A program made the translations under genes and the position numbers. From positions 96,001 through 160,000 of the forward strand of contig CBDCQT010000003.1 in the NCBI GenBank assembly GCA_965220745.1: DNA of 64,000 nt, written 5' to 3'. Positions 28,555 through 38,705 of this stretch are shown here, piece after piece. The stretch's first letter is position 1; each line of letters starts with the position of its first letter. The notes under the pieces were generated by a model. It was not told where the DNA came from. It did not search any database and saw only the letters and a program-made list of their open reading frames with translations. The DNA comes from Alphaproteobacteria bacterium. GTDB taxonomy: Bacteria; Pseudomonadota; Alphaproteobacteria; UBA828.

Positions 28555-29619
28555 ATGAGGGACGTGCGCAAGGGGCGGGGAGCGGCAAGCAACCGGAGCG
28601 GGCGCTACGAGCGGCACGAACGGGAGGCGTTCGACGACGGTTGGGACACCATCGACGAGGAACCGCGGCCCCTTCGCACGGAGGTGCGGCCCGATGCCAG
28701 CCGCACGGTGATCACCCGTAACAACTCGCCCGACCTCGGTTTCGACCGTTCAATCAACGTCTATCGCGGCTGCGAGCATGGCTGCGTCTATTGCTACGCA
28801 CGCCCCACCCACGCCTTTCTCGGCCTCTCGCCCGGCCAGGACTTCGAGAGCCGGATCTTCGCCAAGCACGACGCGCCGGCCCAGCTGGAGCGCGAGCTGG
28901 CCAGACCGGGCTACGAGTGCCGCATGATCGCGATGGGCACCAACACCGACCCCTACCAGCCGACCGAGCGGCGCCTCGCGCTCACGCGGGGTGTGCTCGA
29001 GGTGCTGGACCGTTGCGATCATCCCGTCGGCATCGTGACCAAGTCTGCGCTGGTGACGCGCGATGCGGACATTCTGGCCCGCATGGCGCGGCGCAGGCTC
29101 GCCACGGTCGCGCTCTCGGTCACGACGCTCGACCGCGACCTCGCCCGCACCATGGAGCCGCGCGCCTCGACGCCGGCGAAACGGTTGGGGGCAATGCGCA
29201 CGCTCAGCGTTGCCGGGGTGCCGGTGGGCGTGATGGTGGCGCCCATCGTCCCCGGCCTCACCGATCACGAGATGGAATCGATTCTCGAAGCGGCCGCCGA
29301 GGCAGGCGCCGGCCGCGCGGGCTATGTCCTCCTGCGGCTGCCGCTGGAAGTGCGGGAGCTCTTCCTGGAGTGGCTCGCGGTGCATGCACCTAACAGGGCC
29401 AGGCGCGTCGTGTCCCTGTTGCAGGGGATGCGTGCGGGCCGGCTCAACGACCCCAACTTCGGCTCCCGCATGACCGGCGCCGGCCCGTACGCCGACCTTA
29501 TCGCTTCGCGCTTCGCTGCGGCGACAAAGCGCCTCGGACTGGTGCGGCGTGGGCCCGACCTAGACACCGGGCGCTTCCGTCCACCCTCCCGCCACCCGGC
29601 GCAACTCGCGCTGTTCTGA
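28555..29619 (+). CDS. PA0069-family radical SAM protein (SplB-like)
   Basis: YRGCEHGCVYCYAR CxxxCxxC, GTNTDPYQP, C-terminal QLALF clamp-binding-like motif; start could be 28525. Confidence 0.92.
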   Translation: MRDVRKGRGAASNRSGRYERHEREAFDDGWDTIDEEPRPLRTEVRPDASRTVITRNNSPDLGFDRSINVYRGCEHGCVYCYARPTHAFLGLSPGQDFESRIFAKHDAPAQLERELARPGYECRMIAMGTNTDPYQPTERRLALTRGVLEVLDRCDHPVGIVTKSALVTRDADILARMARRRLATVALSVTTLDRDLARTMEPRASTPAKRLGAMRTLSVAGVPVGVMVAPIVPGLTDHEMESILEAAAEAGAGRAGYVLLRLPLEVRELFLEWLAVHAPNRARRVVSLLQGMRAGRLNDPNFGSRMTGAGPYADLIASRFAAATKRLGLVRRGPDLDTGRFRPPSRHPAQLALF

Positions 29620-29657
29620 GCCGCCGGCGCGCACGCCAGGCGTGCTAGAACGGCTTC

Positions 29658-30296
29658 ATGGCCGTGAGGCGCAAGCAGCAGGAGCAGCCTGATCTTTCGC
29701 TGGAACACGCAGCCGGCGGGCGCGTGGCCGGCATCGACGAGGCAGGCCGGGGCCCATGGGCCGGGCCCGTTGTCGCGGCGGCAGTCGTGTTCGGCGGGGG
29801 CGACCCACCGCCGCAGCTTCGAGTTGCAATCACCGATTCCAAGCTTCTCAAGGCGGAGCAGCGCGCCGCGCTCCAGCCGGCGATCCTGTCCTGCGCCGAT
29901 GCTGCGGTCGGGGTCGCTTCGGTCGCCGAGATCGATAGCATGAACATCCTGCAGGCCACGTTGCTCGCCATGCGCCGGGCCGTCGCCCGCCTTACCGACA
30001 CCCCCGACTTGGCGCTGGTGGACGGCAACCGCGCGCCGCGCTTGCAATGCCCGGTGTGGACGGTGGTGGGCGGTGACCGCAAGAGCCTCTCGATCGCCGC
30101 GGCTTCCATCGTCGCCAAGGTGACGAGAGACCGGCTGATGGCGCGCCTCGCGGCGGACTATCCGGGCTACGGCTGGGAGCGGAACGCCGGCTACGGCACG
30201 GCGGAGCACCAGACAGCGCTCGCGCGGCTCGGTCCGTGCGCGCAGCACCGACGCTCCTTTCGTCCGATCCGCGAACTCCTGGAAGCCGAACCGTGA
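29658..30296 (+). CDS. rnhB: Ribonuclease HII
   Basis: GIDEAGRGPWAGPV, DSK, SIAAASIVAKVTRD, GYGT, HRRSF. Confidence 0.96.
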   Translation: MAVRRKQQEQPDLSLEHAAGGRVAGIDEAGRGPWAGPVVAAAVVFGGGDPPPQLRVAITDSKLLKAEQRAALQPAILSCADAAVGVASVAEIDSMNILQATLLAMRRAVARLTDTPDLALVDGNRAPRLQCPVWTVVGGDRKSLSIAAASIVAKVTRDRLMARLAADYPGYGWERNAGYGTAEHQTALARLGPCAQHRRSFRPIRELLEAEP

Positions 30297-30835
30297 GCAG
30301 CCGCGTGTCCGGTGACGACCTCGTCGTCTGTCCGCCGGGCGGCCTTCGCTGGCGCGGGCGCCTGTTTGCCTGCGCCATCGGCTGGGGCGGGGTTCGCTCA
30401 AACAAGCGCGAGGGCGACGGCGCGACCCCCGCCGGCCGTTTTCCCCTCCGCCGGGTCCTCTATCGACCCGACCGGATGGCGCCGCCGCGCACAGCGCTCC
30501 CCATCACGCCGCTGAGCCCTCGTGATGGCTGGTGCGACGACCCCGGCCACCCGCTCTACAACCGGCCGCTGCACCTGCCGCACGAGGCCCGCCATGAGGA
30601 GCTCTGGCGGGCGGATCATGTGTACGACCTGATCGTCATCCTCGGCCACAACGATGCGCCCGTGGTTCCGGGGCTCGGCAGTGCGGTATTCCTGCACGTC
30701 GCCCAGCCGGACTACGCGCCCACCGCAGGCTGCGTTGCCGTGGCAGCGGGCGACTTGCTGACGATCCTGGCCGGCATGGGCAAACGCACGTGTCTCCGCG
30801 TGCCGCCTGTCGTGGTGCTTCCCGTCCGGGGCTGA
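30293..30835 (+). CDS. L,D-transpeptidase (YkuD-like) family protein
   Basis: KREGDGATPAG, WCDDP, GSAVFLH...PTAGCVA catalytic His/Cys. Confidence 0.88.
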   Translation: MSSRVSGDDLVVCPPGGLRWRGRLFACAIGWGGVRSNKREGDGATPAGRFPLRRVLYRPDRMAPPRTALPITPLSPRDGWCDDPGHPLYNRPLHLPHEARHEELWRADHVYDLIVILGHNDAPVVPGLGSAVFLHVAQPDYAPTAGCVAVAAGDLLTILAGMGKRTCLRVPPVVVLPVRG

Positions 30836-31013
30836 CCCTATCGGCACTCCTGACCATGGTACGGGTTACGGCCCGCGGCGAGCGCCCACTCCCGTTCAGG
30901 ATGCTGCGGCCAGAGTCGTGCCTCCGCCAGTTGCAGAAAGCCGTCCCTGGTTTTCGGCAGCATCGGATTCCAGTAGGGTGCCAAGCAATCCGAAAAGGAG
31001 GAGGTCGTATCCC

Positions 31014-32024
31014 ATGAGAAAATTTGCTCTCGCAATTCTGGCCGCCGCCACCCTGGCTGTGGCAGGGCCTGTTAGCGCCCAGGAAGACATGCCATTCGCG
31101 CTTGACTGGAAGTTCGAAGGTCCCTCTGGGCCGTATTTCGCGGCCATCGACAATGGCCATTTTGAAGCCGCCGGCCTCAACGTCGAGATTTCCGCCGGCC
31201 AGGGCTCACTGGATGCCATTCCCAAGGTCGCCACCGGTGCCTTCCCGGTCGGCTTCGCGGACATCAACTCTCTGGTCAAGTTCCTGGACCAGAATCCCGG
31301 TGCACCGGTCATCGCGGTCATGATGATCTATGACAAGCCGCCGTTCGCCGTCGTCGGCCGCAAGAGCCTCGGCGTCAGCGTACCGAAGGATCTCGAGGGG
31401 CGGGTGCTCGGAGCGCCGCCGCCGGACGGTGCCTGGGCTCAATTCCCGGCCTTCGCCACCGCCAACGACCTCGATATGGGCAAGATCACCGTGGAGCCGG
31501 TCGGCTTCCCGACCCGCGAGCCGATGCTTGCAGAAGGCAACGTGGATGCCGTGACCGGCTATTCCTTCTCGTCCTTCCTGAATCTCGTCCGCCTCGGCGT
31601 GCCGGAGGACGACATTTCGACCATCCTGATGGCGGATTACGGTCTCGCGCTCTACGGCAACGCGGTCATCGTGAACACCGATTATGCGGCCGACAACGCC
31701 GACAACGTCACGGGGTTCATCACCGCGGTCGCGAAGGGGTGGAAGGATGCCATTGCCGATCCGGCCAAGGCCATCGAGTCGCTGATCGAGCGGAACCCTG
31801 CCGCCGACGCGGCGCTTGAGACTCGTCGGCTTCAGCTTTCCATCGACGCCAATGTGCTCACCGACTACGCCAGCGCCAACGGAATCGGCGGCATCGATGC
31901 TGCGCGCATGGAGAAGGCGCTGATGCAGATCGCGGAGACGTACGAGTTCCAGAACGAGCCGGACGCTTCGCTCTATTTCACGGATGCCTATCTGCCCGCG
32001 GCTGAAATGAGAATGCTCCAGTAG
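31014..32024 (+). CDS. NMT1/THI5-like ABC substrate-binding protein
   Basis: AGGAGGAGG RBS; signal peptide; LDWKFEGP, REPMLA, LYGN. Confidence 0.92.
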   Translation: MRKFALAILAAATLAVAGPVSAQEDMPFALDWKFEGPSGPYFAAIDNGHFEAAGLNVEISAGQGSLDAIPKVATGAFPVGFADINSLVKFLDQNPGAPVIAVMMIYDKPPFAVVGRKSLGVSVPKDLEGRVLGAPPPDGAWAQFPAFATANDLDMGKITVEPVGFPTREPMLAEGNVDAVTGYSFSSFLNLVRLGVPEDDISTILMADYGLALYGNAVIVNTDYAADNADNVTGFITAVAKGWKDAIADPAKAIESLIERNPAADAALETRRLQLSIDANVLTDYASANGIGGIDAARMEKALMQIAETYEFQNEPDASLYFTDAYLPAAEMRMLQ

Positions 32025-32074
32025 CCTGACCGCGGCAGAGTTTTCTACATACGCCGGCCGGGGAGTCGGTTTCG

Positions 32075-32944
32075 GTGAATAAAACCTCTCCGGCCGGCGG
32101 CCAAACGCAGGGGTCAGAGGAAGCTCGGCCTGTCGGCGGGCAGCCTCCCACGGATGCCCTGATCGACATCAGAGACGTCAAGCTTACCTATGAGACCAAG
32201 GACGGAAGGCTGCCCGTCCTCGACGGCGTCGACATGCAGGTTCCCGAGGGAGGCTTCGTGGCCGTGGTCGGCCCGTCCGGTTGCGGCAAGTCAACCCTCA
32301 CGCGCCTGATCGCCGGCTTGCTGGAGCCGAACGCGGGCGAAGTCTGGCTGCACGGGGAGCGGGTGACGGGCCCGAAGTCCTCGGTCGGCATGGCGTTCCA
32401 GAACCCGGTCCTGCTTGAATGGCGTTCTGTACTGCGCAACGTGACGCTGCCGCTTGAGCTCGTGGCCCCGCGCATGCCCAAGCGGGAGAAAGAGGAGCGC
32501 GCGCTGCAGCTTCTGACCCTCGTCGGCCTCGAGGGATTTGAGCGCAAGCGACCGAGTGAGCTTTCGGGCGGCATGCGCCAGCGCGCCTCGCTGTGTCGTT
32601 CAATTGTGCACAAGCCGGAAGTTCTGATCCTCGATGAGCCGTTCGGGGCGCTGGATGCGTTCACGCGCGAAGACCTCTGGCAGACGATGCAGAAGGTGAA
32701 GTCGGAGGAGCCGTTCACCGGCGTCATGATCACGCATGATCTTCGGGAATCGATCTTTCTCGCGGATCAGGTGATCGTGCTTTCAGGCCGTCCGGCGTTC
32801 ACGCAATACACGATGGATGTCCCGTGGAAGGGCGAACGGGATCTCGGCCTCCTCTACACCCCGGAGGGGACAGAAATGCTGGGAGAACTTCGGGACCAGA
32901 TACAGATCGCGCAGGGCAGAGCCCCACGGGAGGAGGGCGAATGA
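32075..32944 (+). CDS. TauB/SsuB-type ABC ATP-binding protein
   Basis: GPSGCGKST, LSGGMRQR, LDEPFGALDAFTRE; exact start uncertain. Confidence 0.92.
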   Translation: MNKTSPAGGQTQGSEEARPVGGQPPTDALIDIRDVKLTYETKDGRLPVLDGVDMQVPEGGFVAVVGPSGCGKSTLTRLIAGLLEPNAGEVWLHGERVTGPKSSVGMAFQNPVLLEWRSVLRNVTLPLELVAPRMPKREKEERALQLLTLVGLEGFERKRPSELSGGMRQRASLCRSIVHKPEVLILDEPFGALDAFTREDLWQTMQKVKSEEPFTGVMITHDLRESIFLADQVIVLSGRPAFTQYTMDVPWKGERDLGLLYTPEGTEMLGELRDQIQIAQGRAPREEGE

Positions 32945-33699
32945 ACTGGCGCCTTTTTGCGCCGGTTATCGCGATCATCGTGTTCGCCCTGCTCTGGGAG
33001 GCCGTGGTTTGGGTGAACGACTGGCCCAACTACAAGATGGCCTCACCCTCGGATCTTGGACCTGCTTTCTGGAAGTTCCGCTGGCTCTTCCTTGAGTACG
33101 GATGGGACACGCTGTGGCGAACCGTGGCGGGGCTCCTTCTGTCCGTGGCCGTCGGCGTGCTTCTCGGCATGATCATGGGGCTGAACCGGACCATGCGGGA
33201 TGCGCTATACCCGCTGCTCGTCGGCTTCAACGCCATACCCAAGGCGACCGTCGTCCCCATCATCGCGCTGCTGTTCGTCGGCGCGCACGACATGAACACG
33301 ATCCTGATCGCGTTCCTGATCTCCTTCTTTCCGATCGCCGTTTCCGTCTCGATCGGGCTTTCCACTCTCGAGCCGGAATACCGTGACATCCTCGCCGCGC
33401 TCGGCGCGTCCCGATTCACGATCTTCTGGAAGATCGCGCTTCCCAAGACGCTCCCGGAGTTCTTCGGAGCCCTCAAGGTTGCGGTCACGCTTGCCTTCAT
33501 TGGCACGAACCTGATGGAGATCGTGGAACCGCATGGACGCGGCCTCGGCCATCTATTCGACAGCGGCAAGATAAGCGCGGACTATCCCCTGATGTTTGCC
33601 GTGCTCATTGCGCTCGCGGCCCTTGGCATTCTGCTCTTCTACGTTGTCGTGGTGCTGGAGCGCATATTCGCTGGCTGGGCCGAGCGCTCGCCGACGTGA
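32941..33699 (+). CDS. TauC/SsuC-type ABC permease
   Basis: ATG overlaps the ATPase stop; NAIPKA, SFFPI, GLG motif. Confidence 0.92.
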   Translation: MNWRLFAPVIAIIVFALLWEAVVWVNDWPNYKMASPSDLGPAFWKFRWLFLEYGWDTLWRTVAGLLLSVAVGVLLGMIMGLNRTMRDALYPLLVGFNAIPKATVVPIIALLFVGAHDMNTILIAFLISFFPIAVSVSIGLSTLEPEYRDILAALGASRFTIFWKIALPKTLPEFFGALKVAVTLAFIGTNLMEIVEPHGRGLGHLFDSGKISADYPLMFAVLIALAALGILLFYVVVVLERIFAGWAERSPT

Positions 33700-33711
33700 C
33701 CCTGGTGAGAC

Positions 33712-35061
33712 ATGCGGGCTAGGATCGTGCCCGACGATTCCGCAAGGGAGGCAACGGTGGACATCGCGGCGCTACGCGCGGCCGGCGCGCGTCATCTGAT
33801 CCAGGGCGAGCTGCTCTCGGACGTGGTTCCGGCGGCGGACGGGCCGGTCTTCGTCCGCGCCGACGGCGCGGAGATCTTCGACTCCGAGGGCCAGGCCTAC
33901 TTGGACTTCAACTCGGGCCAGATGTGCTCGGCCATCGGCCACAATAATCCGCGCGTGACCCAGGCAGTGCGGGAGGGCCTGGGCACGCTGACCCACGCAA
34001 GCTCGGTCTATTTCAACGAGCCGCAGTTGCGGCTTGCCGCCCGGCTTGCCGAGACCTTCGATGCGCCGCTCAGCCGCTCGCTCTTCATCCAGTCCGGCGC
34101 CGATTCCAACGAGGCGGCGGTGCTCTTCGCCCGGCGTGCGACCGGGCGCAGCGGCGTCGGCGCGCTGCATCTGAGCTTCCACGGCTACACCGACGTGACC
34201 CGCGCCATCAGCTTTGCCGCGACCACGGGTGGCACCGGGCCCTCGATCCCGGACGTGCACGCGATCCCCGCGCCCTACGCCTACCGCTCGCCGGTGGGGG
34301 CGGAGGGCGACGAGTGGTGGGCGCCGCTGCTCGCCATCGCCTTCGACCTGCTCGACCGCGAGTGCCCGAACAATCTCGCGGCCGTCATCGCCGAGCCCCT
34401 GATCAGCGCGGGCGGGGTGATCGAGATGCCGCCCGGCTACCTCGAGGCGCTGAAGGCGGGGCTGGAGACGCGCGGTGCGCTGTTGATCCTGGACGAGGCG
34501 CAGACCGGGCTCGGAAAGCTCGGCACCCTCTACGCCTACCAGCAGCACGGCGTGGTGCCGGACATCATGACGCTGTCAAAGCACTTCGGCGGCGGCCTCC
34601 CCATCAGCGCCATGGTGACGACGGACGCGATCGCCGAGCGCGCGCTTGCGGGCGGGCTCACCTTCGGCCATTCGCATTCTTCCGATCCCATCGCCTGCAC
34701 GGCGGGCCTCGCCAGCCTGGACGAAATCCTGATCGAGGATCTGCCCGCCAAGGCGCGGGCCATCGGCACCTACTGGCAGGCGCGCATGGAAAGCCTGCAG
34801 CAGCGCTTCCCCATGATCGGAGACGTGCGCGGCAAGGGCTGCCTGCAGGGCGTGGAGCTGGTGCGCGACCGCGCAACCAAGGAGCCCGCGAGCGAAGAGG
34901 CACAGGAGATTTACCGCGAAAGCCTGGGCGAGGGGCTGCTGTTCTCGGTACGCGGCCAGCATCGCAACGTGCTCCGCTTCGTGCCGCCCTTCTGCACCAG
35001 CGAGACGCAGATCGACCGCGCCGTCGCGATCCTGGAACGCGCGCTCGCGCGCCACGGCTGA
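33712..35061 (+). CDS. Class III PLP aminotransferase (dialkylglycine decarboxylase/AGXT2-like)
   Basis: YLDFNSGQM, SFHG, LILDEAQTGLG, PDIMTLSKHFGGG; start may be GTG 33757. Confidence 0.92.
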   Translation: MRARIVPDDSAREATVDIAALRAAGARHLIQGELLSDVVPAADGPVFVRADGAEIFDSEGQAYLDFNSGQMCSAIGHNNPRVTQAVREGLGTLTHASSVYFNEPQLRLAARLAETFDAPLSRSLFIQSGADSNEAAVLFARRATGRSGVGALHLSFHGYTDVTRAISFAATTGGTGPSIPDVHAIPAPYAYRSPVGAEGDEWWAPLLAIAFDLLDRECPNNLAAVIAEPLISAGGVIEMPPGYLEALKAGLETRGALLILDEAQTGLGKLGTLYAYQQHGVVPDIMTLSKHFGGGLPISAMVTTDAIAERALAGGLTFGHSHSSDPIACTAGLASLDEILIEDLPAKARAIGTYWQARMESLQQRFPMIGDVRGKGCLQGVELVRDRATKEPASEEAQEIYRESLGEGLLFSVRGQHRNVLRFVPPFCTSETQIDRAVAILERALARHG

Positions 35062-35115
35062 GTCAGTGATGGTGTTGATTCGCGGCTTGGCCCGATCGGC
35101 CGGCAGGGCTCGCAC

Positions 35116-36318
35116 ATGAGCAGGCCCACCGCAGGCGTACTCGCGCTCGTTCTCTGCGCGGCCTTGGTGCTGACCATCAGCAACGGGCTCCGCAGCAGCT
35201 TCGGCCTCTTCCTTACGCCGATGAGCCTCGACATCGGCATCTCCCGCGAGACCTTCGCGCTGGCCATCGCGATCCAGGGCCTCGTCTGGGGCATCAGCCA
35301 GCCCATCTTCGGCGCGCTCGCCGATCGCCACGGGGCGGTGCCGGTCGTCCTGCTCGGGATCGTGATCTACGTCGTGGGCCTGCTGTGGATGGCCTGGGCC
35401 GACGGCGCGCTTGGGCTGCACCTGAGCCAGGGCGTGCTCGTCGCCCTCGGCATCAGCGCCACCGGGTTCGCGGTGGTGCTTGGCCCGGTGGGGCGCGCCG
35501 TGCCGCCGGAGCGGCGCAGCATGGCGCTCGGCATCGCGGCAGCCGGCGGCTCCTTCGGACAGTTCGCACTAGCCCCGGTCGGCGGCGCCTTGATCGACGG
35601 CGTCGGCTGGTCCATGGCGCTGATTGCCTACTGCGGGATCGCGGCGATGATGGTTCCCTGCCTGATCGGCATGCGCGGCAGCCACAGGCCGCCCGAGGGC
35701 AGCGCCCAAACGCTGAGCGAAGCGCTCGCCGAGGCCCGCGCCCACAGCGGCTTCTGGCTGCTCTGCGGCGGCTTCTTCGTCTGCGGCTTCCACGTCTACT
35801 TCATCGCGACCCACCTGCCGCCCTTCATCACCGACGCGGGGCTTGCGCCGATGGTGGGAGCAACGGCGATCGCCGTGATCGGGCTCGGCAACATCGTCGG
35901 CACCTTCGCCGCCGGCTGGCTCGGCGACCGGCACCGCAAGAAGTACGTGCTCTCGCTTTTCTACCTTGGCCGCGCGGCGGTCCTCGGAATCTTCCTCGTG
36001 GCGCCGGTAACCGAGGCGAGCGTTCTCGTGTTCTCCGCGCTGATGGGCCTGCTCTGGCTTGGCACCGTGCCGCTTACCAGCGGCCTCGTCGCCCAAATAT
36101 TCGGGCCTCGCTACCTTGGCGCGCTCTTCGGCATCGTGTTCTTCAGCCACCAGCTCGGCTCCTTCCTCGGCGCCTGGCTCGGCGGCTACGTGTACGACAC
36201 GACCGGCTCCTACGACGCGGTGTGGATGGCTGCGGTGGCGCTGGGCGTGGCGGCGGCGGTGCTGCACTGGCCGATCCGCGACCGGCCGCTCGTGCGGCAC
36301 GAGGTCGGTGCGGCGTAG
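35116..36318 (+). CDS. MFS transporter
   Basis: GALADRHG, FFVCGFHV, GTVPLT, HQLGSFLG. Confidence 0.93.
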   Translation: MSRPTAGVLALVLCAALVLTISNGLRSSFGLFLTPMSLDIGISRETFALAIAIQGLVWGISQPIFGALADRHGAVPVVLLGIVIYVVGLLWMAWADGALGLHLSQGVLVALGISATGFAVVLGPVGRAVPPERRSMALGIAAAGGSFGQFALAPVGGALIDGVGWSMALIAYCGIAAMMVPCLIGMRGSHRPPEGSAQTLSEALAEARAHSGFWLLCGGFFVCGFHVYFIATHLPPFITDAGLAPMVGATAIAVIGLGNIVGTFAAGWLGDRHRKKYVLSLFYLGRAAVLGIFLVAPVTEASVLVFSALMGLLWLGTVPLTSGLVAQIFGPRYLGALFGIVFFSHQLGSFLGAWLGGYVYDTTGSYDAVWMAAVALGVAAAVLHWPIRDRPLVRHEVGAA

Positions 36319-36383
36319 CCTGGACTGGAGCGAATAACGATAAGTTGCTTGGCGCGTCAGGCGCTGCGGGTTTACGCTGGCGC

Positions 36384-36962
36384 ATGGTGCCCTGGAGACG
36401 CTGCCTGCGATGCCTGCCTGCGCTGGCACTCGCGCTGCTGCTGGCGCTCGGCGCTACGGGGACTGCCTTGGCGGATCAGAACGACCCAGCGCTGGACGGC
36501 CTCTTCCGCGACCTCAAGGCCGCACAGAGCCCGCAGCTGGTGCGCCAGATCGAGGCGCAGATCTGGGCGCGGTGGTTCGACACCGGCTCCGAAAAGATGG
36601 ACCGGATGCTCCGGGCCGGCGATATCGCGCTCTCCACGGGTCAGTACAACCGGTCGTACGCAATCCTTAACGGAGTCATCGAACTCCGGCCCGACCTTTC
36701 CGAAGGCTGGAACCGCCGCGCGACGCTGCGCTACCTGATGGGCGACTACGAGGGCTCGATCGCCGACATCGGCGAGACCCTCAAGCGCGAGCCGCGCCAC
36801 TTCGGCGCTCTCTCTGGTTTGGGTCTTTGCCAGCTCAGGCTCGGCAACGAGGAGGAGGCGCTCGACGCGTTCGAGCAGGCGCTGATCCATAACCCCCACA
36901 TGCAGGGCGTGAAGCGAAACGTTAAGGAGCTTCGCGACCGACTCGGCCGCCACGCGATCTGA
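36384..36962 (+). CDS. Exported TPR-repeat protein
   Basis: Signal peptide then DQNDPALDGLF; EGWNRRAT, EPRHFGALSGLG. Confidence 0.85.
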   Translation: MVPWRRCLRCLPALALALLLALGATGTALADQNDPALDGLFRDLKAAQSPQLVRQIEAQIWARWFDTGSEKMDRMLRAGDIALSTGQYNRSYAILNGVIELRPDLSEGWNRRATLRYLMGDYEGSIADIGETLKREPRHFGALSGLGLCQLRLGNEEEALDAFEQALIHNPHMQGVKRNVKELRDRLGRHAI

Positions 36963-36982
36963 ACGCGCTGCGCGGGCGCCAC

Positions 36983-38428
36983 TTAGCGCCGCAATGCCCG
37001 GCCTGGCCGCTCGCCGGTGGTCTGGCCCACCTCGCGCACGATGGTGCCGTTCACCATGACGATGTCGATACCGGCGGCGGGCCGCGTCGGTGTCTCGAAG
37101 GTGGCTTGGTCGGCGATTGTCTCCGCGTCAAACATCACGAGGTCGGCATGGGCGCCGGCGCGCACCTCGCCGCGATCGATGAGGCCGAACTGGGCGGCGG
37201 TGAGCCCGGTCATGCGGCGCACCGCGTCCTCCAGGGTGAGCAGACCGAGCTCGCGCGCGTAGTGGCCGAGCACGCGCGGGAAGGTGCCCCAGAGCCTGGG
37301 GTGCGGGTGGCGGTCGTGGGGCAGGCCGTCGGAGCCGATCATGCTGTGCTCGTAGGCGATGATGCGGCGTACATCGGCTTCGTCCATCATGAAGTAGATG
37401 CCGCCCGCCGGCTGCAGCTTCGGCACGGCGGCCACTGGATCGAGGCCGAGCGCGGCGGCCACGTCTTCGAGGTCCTGGCCCGCATACTCCGGATGCGGCT
37501 CGGACCAGGTGACGATCACGCGCTCCGCTTTCTCCACCATGTCCGCCAGCAGCACCGTGGAGCCCGCGGTGTAGGGGTAGACGTCGAGGCCGACCGCCTG
37601 GGTCTCGCGGGTCTTCTCGATCAGCGCGAGCGTGTCGCGGCTCCGCCCGAAATTCTGCCGCCCGGCGCACTTGTGGTGGGAGATGACGACGCCGGCGCCG
37701 GCGCGGCGGCCGATCTCGAAGGCTTCCTCCATCGCCTCCTCGACGCCGTTGTGCTCGTTGCGCATGTGGGTGACGTAGAGGCCGCCGGCGGCGCCCGCGA
37801 CCTCCGCCACCGCCGCGACTTCGTCGGTGGTCGCCGCCTTGTTGGGGCCGTAGATGAGCCCGGTGCTGAAGCCGAGCGCCCCGGCCTCCATCCCTTCGGC
37901 CAGCCGTTCGCGCATGGCGTCGATCTCGCCGGCCGTGGCCGGGCGGTCGACATCGTCCATGGTGTCGAGGCGGAGCGCCGAATGGCCGACCAGAAGGCCG
38001 GCGTTGGCAGCTGGCGGCGTTTCGTCCAGCGTCGCCACATAGTCGGAGAAGCGCGGGTAGCGGAAGTCGGCGGGCGGGCCGAGCAGGTCGAGCGGCGGCG
38101 GTACAGGTCGGCCGGGCGCGAGCGGCGCGAGGCTCACCCCGCAGTTGCCCGCGATCACCGTGGTGACGCCCTGGCTGGTCTTGGGTGTCACGTCCGGGTC
38201 CACCAGCAACAGGTTGTCGTCGTGGGTGTGAGCGTCGATGAAGCCCGGCGAGACAATGCGCCCGGTCGCATCGATGGTGCGTGCGGCCTTTGCGCCTGCC
38301 AGATCCCCCACGGCAGCGATCCGGTCGCCCGCGACGGCGACATCGGCCCGCACGCGCGGCGCGCCCGTACCGTCGATCACCGTACCGCCCGTGAAGAGGA
38401 CGTCGTACTGCTGCCCCGCCGCCGCCAT
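36983..38428 (-). CDS. N-acyl-D-amino-acid deacylase (D-aminoacylase family)
   Basis: PGFIDAHTHDD, GNCG, THMRNE, SHHK, DVYPY, GSDG, HPRLWGTFPR. Confidence 0.93.
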   Translation of the reverse strand: MAAAGQQYDVLFTGGTVIDGTGAPRVRADVAVAGDRIAAVGDLAGAKAARTIDATGRIVSPGFIDAHTHDDNLLLVDPDVTPKTSQGVTTVIAGNCGVSLAPLAPGRPVPPPLDLLGPPADFRYPRFSDYVATLDETPPAANAGLLVGHSALRLDTMDDVDRPATAGEIDAMRERLAEGMEAGALGFSTGLIYGPNKAATTDEVAAVAEVAGAAGGLYVTHMRNEHNGVEEAMEEAFEIGRRAGAGVVISHHKCAGRQNFGRSRDTLALIEKTRETQAVGLDVYPYTAGSTVLLADMVEKAERVIVTWSEPHPEYAGQDLEDVAAALGLDPVAAVPKLQPAGGIYFMMDEADVRRIIAYEHSMIGSDGLPHDRHPHPRLWGTFPRVLGHYARELGLLTLEDAVRRMTGLTAAQFGLIDRGEVRAGAHADLVMFDAETIADQATFETPTRPAAGIDIVMVNGTIVREVGQTTGERPGRALRR

Positions 38429-38501
38429 CGCCGCCTCCCGCTCTCGCCTGCCGTCGGTGGGACCATGACGGCGGCGCCCACCCGTGACAACAGGCTTTGG
38501 T

Positions 38502-38698
38502 CTCTGCGGGAGCGGCTAGTATGGTGCCGCTCGATGAAGGAAGAACTGCGCCCAATCCCCAGCGATGCTGACGAAAGAGAACCCGCTCCCACCAAGGGGC
38601 TGGGGACGGCGCTGCATGCGCTCTTCAGACCTCTTGGAGGCGTAGAGCTCGAGCTTCCGCCGCGTGAGCCGATGCGCGAGCCGCGTCGGTTCGACTGA
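38502..38698 (+). pseudogene. Relic of FitA/StbC-like RHH antitoxin
   Basis: LRERL..RSMKEELRPI and GLGTALHALFRPLGGVELELPPREPMREP resemble FitA-type antitoxins; N-terminal RHH strand and PIN toxin absent. Confidence 0.6.
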
Positions 38699-38705
38699 TG
38701 CGTGC

